DNA of 64,000 nt from the human T2T-CHM13v2.0 reference genome, Homo sapiens. Below the pieces are notes generated by a model. The model ran no database searches. It had not been told where the DNA came from and saw only the letters and a program-made list of their open reading frames with translations. The position numbers and the translations under genes are program-made. The DNA is taken from the NCBI RefSeq assembly GCF_009914755.1, contig NC_060927.1; one strand, written 5' to 3'. This document shows positions 53,661 through 64,000 of the stretch, piece by piece (position 1 is the first letter of the stretch; every line of letters begins with the position of its first letter).

Positions 53661-54734
53661 GGTGGAAAGAAGATAAAAATAAAGTAGTAATGTCACATCT
53701 GTGATCTTACGGTCTCCTTTCCTATCCCATATTGTAGAGGATAAGCCACACTGAATGTCCATTCAGTTTACATCAGACTTGTTTGGGAAAGTTACAGTTT
53801 GCGTGGGTATATCCAGATCATTATGTTTTTACAAGCTTCACAGTCTGACCTAGCATGAAAATTAAGTACATGAAAAGTATTTCAGAGTCTTGTAGTTAAT
53901 GGACAAACTTAGATATCCCTAATAGGTGCTTCTAAGCACTTATCAAACTTTTTCTTACCTCTTACTCATCTGGTTCCTTCACTACACTGTAAACACTTAC
54001 GAAGGCAAGGTTATATTTTCATCATCCCTATATTCACAGCATCAGTCTTTAAAATGTTTTGAAATTTATTTGTTTAATTGATAAGCAAAAATGTATGTAT
54101 TTATAATGCATATGATGTTTTGAAATATGTATACTAAAGAATATTTGAATAAATATGGTCTTATTCAATTTTACTTTGGCCATAATCATTTTCAATAAGA
54201 AGTATAAAATTTTTTAAAAGTTGACGATGTATTACTTAATTGTAATACATAATGTATGTTTAAAACTAATCCATTACTAAAAATAATTGACTATTATAAG
54301 TAAAAATACCTTAAGCCGTTGAAAGTTTATTTACTATTGATCTATTAATTTACATAATTCTTCCATGTCTAGCAGAGCCCACTGATTATAAAGTAATTTA
54401 CAGATATCAACTTTCTAGGCTGTGAAGGCTTCTGAAATTATAAGGAAGAGACAGTTGTGCCGAAATTGTGTGGTATAAAGCTGTCAAAATTTGAAATATA
54501 GTTATAGATTTCAGAATATAAATGGTTGTCATCAGAACAAGATTACAAGTTTCATGGGCTCTGAAAAACTTAGCTTATTTAACACTGAATCAATGACTTC
54601 ACAACCAAACTGAGTTAAAACACTTCAGATTCTGAAAGAATGTGCTCATTCAACTTACAAAGCAGAATTTCAAAATATCCAGCGTGTTTGGCAGGAGGTG
54701 ACACAACAGGCCATTTTGAGGAACATTTTGCTTA

Positions 54735-55190
54735 GCCCAGTTTTTCTCAGATTTAATATTTTTCATATTTTTGCCATTTTCACACACTGTCTCCACTAAT
54801 ATTTTCCTTTAAATACATTCTTTTTAACATATTTACCATAATTGTAAAATTATATTACTGTTATATATAAAAGATAAGCATCACTTATTACAAATAAATA
54901 GGACAAAAACTGCAAAAACAAAATAATGGTATCATTGTCTGTTTGGATTCAGTTGAAAGCTCTGAGCCTTAGTCCTACACTGCAACTGTTTTTTTTTCTT
55001 TTTAAAGAGAAATTTACCAAGTGTTTATAAATGTGTTAAAGCCTTATTAGCACCAAACTTAGACTCCTCTTGGTATAATCAGATGGTTGAAGAGATGTGA
55101 AAAGAGAATAACTTTCTCACCACGTGATTCAGTGCTATGTGATACCATGCTGTGTCATGTCCTATCTCCAATTATTTCACGTAGCACTTG
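54735..55190. mobile_element. Old hAT-Charlie DNA transposon relic
   Basis: aaagagaataactttctcaccacgtgattcagtgctat and cagtttttctca terminus resemble Charlie-family sequence; subfamily not resolved. Confidence 0.4.
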
Positions 55191-55402
55191 AAGCAAAACT
55201 GGAGTTGCATATTAAGTGTTTGGAATTTTATAAGTTCAAGTACATGTGCACTTACAATATTTACTTGTTATGTGGAATGTATAGGATTTAAACTGAAAAG
55301 ACAAACATGCAGATTTTTTACACCTAAAGACAAAAGCAGGTTGATAACTAGTATGGATGACTTTAGAAGAAGAAAGTCATATCAGAGCAGAAAGAATCTT
55401 AG

Positions 55403-55732
<330 letters not shown>

Positions 55733-55962
55733 CCCAAAATGTTTTTTTATTGATGGTCATAGAACTAAGAAGTGCCCCAAGCAGAAATGGAACCCAATTG
55801 TTCTTGATGGTCCAGTTCACTTCACCAAGATGATCCTGTTCCATCTGTTCATGGTGGAAGCAGTTAATTTCATATGATTTTATACTCTTATTATTTATAT
55901 GAGAGTAGGAGGTTTTTTAAAAGATAAGTCCTACTGAGGAAAGAAAATTTCAAATGAACCAT

Positions 55963-56341
55963 TGATAATGGTTTGGCTGTGTGCCCACCCAGATCTCATC
56001 TTGAATTGTAGTTCCCATAATCCCTATGTTTCATAGGAGGGACCAAATGGGAGGTAATTGAATCATGGGGGTGGTTCCCCTCATGTGGTTCTCATGATAG
56101 TGAGTGAGTTCTCACAAGATCTGATGGTTTTATGAGGGGCTTTTCCCCCTTTACTCAGCTCTTCTCCTTCCAGCTGCCCTGTGGAGAAGGTGCCTCTCTT
56201 CCCCTTTACCTTCCTCCATGATTTTAAGTTTCCTGAGGCCTTCCCAGCCATGAGGAACTGCAAGTCAATTAAACCTCTTTTCTTTGTAAATTACCCAGTC
56301 TTGGGTATTTTTTCAAAGCAGCATGAGAATGGAATAATACA
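55963..56341 (+). mobile_element. THE1 (C/D-like) MaLR solo LTR
   Basis: tgataatggtttggctgtgt..cccacccagatctcatcttgaattgtag...gagttctcacaagatctgatggtttta...taaacctctttt...aataca. Confidence 0.92.
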
Positions 56342-56540
56342 CCTGTGAACTTTAAACACATTTTATTGTAACTTATTGTAACAGATCTTAGTAATTGTTT
56401 AAGAAGACAATGCTAGTTGATTACCCTAGACAAGAGAAAGATATAGGTCCCTCATTATTGTCTTTAAGGATTCTCCTGTGCTTCCTGAAAACTTGGACAC
56501 AAGTAAGTAATAACTTTTTGGCCATCTTTGGAAGGATTTC

Positions 56541-56950
<410 letters not shown>

Positions 56951-57234
56951 TGATTCTATTTTTTCATTAGGTACATACCTTTGATGGGATATTTGTTCTC
57001 ATTTGAATTGCTTTATTCTGTAACTGTTTGGCTTCCATGCTTTTATTTTTTAAAAAAGCAGTCTCACTTTTTGTTTTTCTTATTCCTCCTCCTCTTATTC
57101 TTCTTTGTCTTCTTCATCACCACCACCAGAGATCATTGCCTTAATGACGTTTACTAGGGCTTTTCATTTCCTTCCCAGTCTCTAAGGTATTTTTTTGGCA
57201 ATGGGTGAAAAGTCCTGACATTCTGATTGCTATT

Positions 57235-57614
57235 CGTATTAGTCCGTTCTCACACTGCTATAAAGATATTACCCAAGCCTGGGTAATTTATAAACGAAAG
57301 AGGTTTAATTAACTCACAGTTCCACATGGCTGGGGAGGCCTCAGTAAACTTACAATCATGGCAGAACGCAAAGGGGAAGCAAGCTTGGACCTTCTCACGT
57401 GGCTGCTGCAGGAGAGAGAAGAATGAGGAGCGAAGGGGTTCTTACCTTATAAAACAATCAGATCTCCTGAGAGCTCACTATCACAAGAACAGCACGGGGG
57501 AAACCACCCCCATGATCCAATCGCCTCCCACCAGGTCGCTCCCTAGGCACTTGGGGATTATGGGGATTACAGTTCAAGATGAGATTTAGGTGGGGACACA
57601 GCCAAACCATTTCA
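57235..57614 (-). mobile_element. THE1D-like MaLR solo LTR
   Basis: gtattagtccgttctcacactgctataaaga...ctcacagttccacatggctggggaggcctca...gagatttaggtggggacacagccaaaccatttca. Confidence 0.92.
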
Positions 57615-59914
57615 GGACTTAACAGTTCTATGTTATTGACACCTGCCCAGCACTGTGACCACTCATGCCTCATGCACTGAGGAGAGAACTGAGGACTTTC
57701 AAGGTCTCTTATAGACAAATAGAGTTGTAACTGCTTGTAAAGCACTTTGCTAATACAGAGTGTGAAGAAATGATAAATACGAATGATTATTATTGACAGT
57801 GGTGATTGGCCATCATCATCTCTTCATTTCTGGCTATTTCTCATGCAAACGCTATTTTAGCTTAAATTTTTCAACCTTGAATCCAATGAATCTAATCAGA
57901 ATGAAGGAAACAGACCTATTTCTAGCAATGTTAAACAAATGATGACTTTTGTGTTCAATTAGTTGGTTTATAGAGACTCATCCATTTTTAATAAATTGAT
58001 TTTGTTTATTTTTTCTATTTTATTTTACATTTGAATGAAGTGGGTTTACTATATGACTACAAATGCATTTGTGTTCTCTCCTACTCAAGCTAGCCTCAAT
58101 CCTAGAAAGTATAGTCCTAGTTCTGCTGCAAACTATGATGTATAAAAAGAGTATAAAATATTAAATATTATACTTTTTAGCCAAGTTACCAATTCTATCA
58201 TTCTTATAGCAGCATAGTTTATACACAATAATAAATTTTTAAAAAAAGGATATAAGGCATTGAACTGTCTTCATGCCAGATGAGAGATAATGGTTTAAGT
58301 ATGAAAAAAACAGTTGAATCACTTTCACTATGTTGCTATGTGATTTGAGAGAATTTCTCAGCAACTCTTTTTCCTCTGTTTCTTCATTTCTAAAATGCAG
58401 AGAATACTTAAGCCAACTTTTTTGTATGTATGTGGAATACATGTAAAAAATACTTGTACATGCAAATATAAGCTAATATTCCTATTACTGTTATTGTTGG
58501 GTGTGAAAATCACCACTATACAATGCCCTGAATTACATGTTGTATATTCCATCAAATGCTTACCGCAATCCAGGGCTAAGAAAATGCACAATTATCTATA
58601 CAGAGTGACTAGAGTTTAAGACTCCAATAAGCCCTTATCATGTTCAAACAAAAGTACTGATTTAACATTCCAGGCTTTGATGTCAGAAGTAAATTACAGA
58701 GTAGAATCATGCTTTTTTGGTATAAGTAATGGTATATTTCAGTCACAAAAATAGTATTTACTCTTTCACATTGAATGAGGAATATGATATCACAGAGGAT
58801 CAATAAAAATACTTTTTATACTTTATAAGAAGATAAAAATTCTAACATAAATGACCACCTCAAGGCTTAGAGGAATTTAGGCTGGATCTAAAACCAAACT
58901 AAACTCTTAGCGTATAAAAATTCCAGTAAAATCCACGATTATGTTTTATAAGATTAATACTAAATTTCACACTTTAAAAAGTCATAGTCAAAAGAAATAT
59001 TATTCAATTATTTACTAAGTGCTAGTTAAATTTCTGCTATACACTTTTATTTGGAACTTACGTAAGTCATATGTATGACATTTTATTTATTTAACAAATA
59101 CTCATTATTTACCACATTTTAGTTCTCAGATGCTATATATGAGTAAAACATGCTTATATTTACCGCTACCCATATCATACCACCTCTTAGGCCAAGAATT
59201 ATCTGAACATCTTGCTGGTCTTGTTTTTTGCTTGTTTATACTGCAGATTTCTATTTAGACTGAATAATATAAGAATAAGAAGTGTTTATGTATGAACTGG
59301 AAAATGATAAGAAAACAAACAGATAAAGTTATTTGCAAATATATTTTTTCCTTTTAAGTTTTATAAACCTTTCTAAGTAATAAGGACCAGAAGCTTCCAC
59401 AGCATCAGTTCATTATTAGCACTGATATGAAATGGTTTTATAACCTTCAGCAGAATTTAAGGGTTTCTGGTAAGAATTTCTTCTTACTGCAGAACAAATT
59501 GCATCTCTTATGGTTACTGTACATTTGCAATTGATGAGCCATCAGAAAAAATCTTGGAAAAGTGATGCAACCGGTAACTTGTATTATTTTTTTTTTAAAT
59601 GGAGTGTTTGAATTATTTATTGAATCTAGGTCATGTGAGTCACTTCCACTTCACAAATAAGTTGAAAACCCTACAGTGAAGAAATAGGTACTTAATTAGT
59701 GGGTGAAGGATTTTTGAAATAAGATGAGACATCGAGTTTGTTTCTTACTCTTAATTTGAGCCAATTGTATTAGAGAAAGACTAATGAAATCAAAAATGAC
59801 AAAGCCCAATGTCAAAAAAAAAGTAAAGAAAGCCTTAATAGCCAATTAATACTAGTTCAGGCATACCACACAGAACAGAGACCAAGGGCTTGGGTGTGAG
59901 GATAAGAATTTCAG

Positions 59915-60890
<976 letters not shown>

Positions 60891-62599
60891 AAGGGATCTA
60901 TTTTTCCATCTGGTTTTAATTATTCCCCTTCCCTGTCTCCCCTCCTGCTTCTCCTATCTCCCCTAAAGATGCTTTTCCTGTTTTAAAGACATAACCCCAG
61001 CTCTCCAATAACTTAACTGACTTCTAGGTGTTTCAATCTACCCTTCGAGGTGAGTAGGACTGACCCCATACTATGTTATCAGACTGTTCAGGGTCAGGAT
61101 ACCTTTCTTAGCAGTCACAGTGAGTAGGAAATGCTCCTTGTAAACACAGGAAACAGAGCCACTGAGGCAGTCAGCTAACATCTGCTAGAAAATGAGATTT
61201 GAGTTACAAGATAAAGTTCAAACACCAATTTTACCTAACAGCGATGTTGGTACTAAAATCTTATAAAGCTTACAATCTGAAATGCACCTGTCCCACTGAT
61301 ACTCTTTGTGATGTTCATTAAAAAAACTAGGTGGAATATTGAAGTTAATATCTTTAAGTGAATGTGTATAAACATTGTGATAGAAAAAAATAAAAATTTA
61401 TAAATAACTTCTAAATTTTGTGTCTAAGCATCCCCTGTGCCACCTGTATACATAACTCCCTGTTTTCCTGTTGACCATTGTTTAATAACCTGCTCTCTGG
61501 ATAGTTTTAGGTTTTTACAGTTTCACATATGGTCCCATCTGCTGGCAATTCAACTCCTATTCAACCAAGAAGCAATCGAACTAAGACCTGAAAGGAAGAA
61601 TACAGCTGGAGGCCTTGAATGCAGCTCCACTGGGACTGAATTTATATAGGGTACAGAGGGCTACTACTGAGTTTGTGCAGAGAAGTGCCATTTAAGATAC
61701 TGTTAAAGGAAGGCAAACAGAGGGAAGATTTGTTTATTAAATGCCTACTCTATACCAGGAACTCTACATAAATAGTCTCATTTATTCTTATTAGTTCTGG
61801 TATTATCCTCCTTTTATGAAAAAAGGTAACTGAATCTCAGCTTGCTTGTCTAAGTTGACATAATAAATGGCTGTGCTTATTTAGTTCTATGGCAGTCATA
61901 AATAGAATCAAGATTAATATAAAAGGATTGATTGTCTTGCCTTTAAAAGTCCGTCGTCTGCCCCTAATGAATACTTTACCTACTTTAGTTTACTGAACCT
62001 GCCAAACCGGGAAGTTATAAAATACAAGCAAGCCTTGTCATACAGTTTTTGAGTCAGAAAATATATTCATGTCACCTAGTATCATTATAGCTTTCTATCA
62101 CTTATGATGGCAAAAATAAGTATATCTGATTCTAATAAGAATATGAAGAATCAAAAAAATGGAAAAATATTGAAGGGAAAAAGACGTAATTCTACCAGAA
62201 AAATCACGACAAAACATCTAACAAAATAACATATTTAAATAATAAAGAACCCCTTTTTTAAAAAGCAGATTGATGATGATTATATCTATAATTATGTCAG
62301 GGGAGGCATAAAATAGGCATATTTGTAGAGCTGTGATTAGTATAAACAGGGCTGGGTATGAGCTGAGTCATCTCCTTGCCACTGTATTAAAACTACAAAA
62401 TAATAATTCCAAGTTTAATACTTCAAAATGATTTATTAACTAGGTTTCATAATCACCAAAGGTAACTTATTTCCATGTTAAACTACTCTTTATTCAGAAA
62501 GTTGTCTTTAATATTTAAACTAAGTTGTAACTATTGTAGTTCAAGCCCAATCCACTCAGCTCCAAGTGTCTAGTGGGAATCACAGTTCCCTTCTCTCAT

Positions 62600-63170
62600 T
62601 TGTAGTATCTCTTTCCTAGGTGTAAATAGTTACTCTGCTTCTCTGTTATCTTTCCTTCTGTCTGAGCATGCCTGGTTCCCTTAATGTTTCCTTATAGATC
62701 TCATTTTCCAGGGCTTTTATCATTTTTGTTGCTCTCTTCTGAACTGATTTAAACTTATCTATGATTCTTTTTCAACTGAGGAACAAACACTAAACACAGT
62801 TATCCAATTGAGGCCTAAAGTGTGCTTGTAGAACAAAATAATTACCTCTCATTTTATCCACGTTCTCCCTATTAATATACCCCAAAGCAGTGTCTGGGAT
62901 TTTATATGACACCATTGTATTGTTGACTTATTGTCAATTTATCTTTCATTATAGCTTATATCTCCATCCCCGTGGAACAATTGTTTGTGCGGTTTATATT
63001 TGTTTTTATTGAATCCTATTTTATTGATTTCAGCCCCACATTCTATTTATCAAGATGGTTGTTTGTAATACTAACCTCTAATTTGCCTCCAACAGTACAT
63101 GATCCCCAAGTTCTTAACTGTGTAAATGATTAGCATACTTTCTGTTTTATCTCACCAAATCTCTGAGTAC
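62600..63170 (-). mobile_element. CR1/L3 LINE relic
   Basis: gttcccttaatgtttccttatagatctcattttccagg...catttttgttgctctcttctgaact...aacacagttatccaattgaggccta...ctattaatatacccc. Confidence 0.7.
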
Positions 63171-63299
63171 ACAGCTGAATGTGGGGTTTGTTTTTGTTTC
63201 GTTTTGTTTTTTTGACTAACAAAAAAAGTTGTGATAGAATTTAAAATATTTCCCCTTACTGCTTATAGTGCTAACCTCAAAAGCTATGATTTTGGGTGC

Positions 63300-63490
63300 C
63301 CATGATATTGCTGAGACTGTTTGCCATCATATTAATCCTTTAACAATATTCCTGAGGTCTGATTAACCCAATCTTACAGAGAAAAAGACTCTAAGGGCCA
63401 TAGATGTCCAGTAACTTTCTCAGCACGTAACTAGGAAGGAGAGGAGCTGGAACTTGAACTTGGTCTGTTTGGTCTTACCACCAAGTACTT
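63300..63490 (-). mobile_element. MIR SINE
   Basis: attaatcctttaacaat...cttacagagaaaaagact...gagctggaacttgaacttggtctg. Confidence 0.55.
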
Positions 63491-64000
63491 TCCAGTACAC
63501 CTGTAAATAATTCAATTCAATTCACAACTAACAGCTTGTTATATTAATAAGTTTCTCACCCATTCTGCTATTACTGGACAGGATTTTATGAAAACCATGA
63601 CAGTGTTTTCACTCCAGGGAGTCTTCTTTTAGAAAGATGTTGTGGGTGCTATGAATGATGAGGCCATTGTTCCTGGGCACAGAGATGATTCCAGTGACAA
63701 AATTACTGTTTACTATGTGAAAGCCATGGTATCTGAAAGCCTAACAAATAGAGTTGATCATAGGTTGTTCCCGCTCCTTTTGCTATATTAAAAAACCATT
63801 CCAACTAAGGCAATATGATAATTAACTTGACTTCTATTTGTTTCTTTGTATCAAAGTGATTGAATCCAAACACTATCCATCCAAATCACTGGCCTAAGTC
63901 AATGGTTGCTAAATGAGGTGCTAAGACTCTGCTGAGTATTTTAAAAGTTCCTAAAGGATGCTGTAGATTTTAGTATACTAGAATGTAAAAAGTACAATGC

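Overview
AT-rich, CpG-poor primate (most likely human) non-coding DNA, either intergenic or deep intronic. The attribution rests on AluJ/S/Y, L1PA/PB, THE1 and LTR1-type repeats. I find no credible protein-coding gene, RNA gene, CpG island or CRISPR array. The supplied ORFs are chance ORFs or translations of Alu, L1, LTR and microsatellite sequence; the only real protein remnants are decayed L1 ORF2 pieces at 23.7-24.9 kb. The window holds 11 Alus, several L1 fragments, solo LTRs, Tigger and hAT DNA transposons, old L2/MIR/CR1 relics and microsatellites, separated by unique motif-rich stretches that may be enhancers. I cannot identify the locus and see no evidence for a novel multi-gene system. 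The best second-look items are mechanistic footprints read directly from the sequence: a probable L1 3' transduction (22.4 kb), a 68-bp local non-tandem duplication (33.9/35.5 kb), a 27-bp orphan LTR copy (11.0 kb), an Alu with a 10-nt 5' inversion (48.6 kb), a 178-bp strictly alternating purine-pyrimidine tract (14.1 kb), and candidate non-coding exons and enhancers. Repeat subfamily calls come from recalled consensus sequences, and boundaries of old repeats are approximate.
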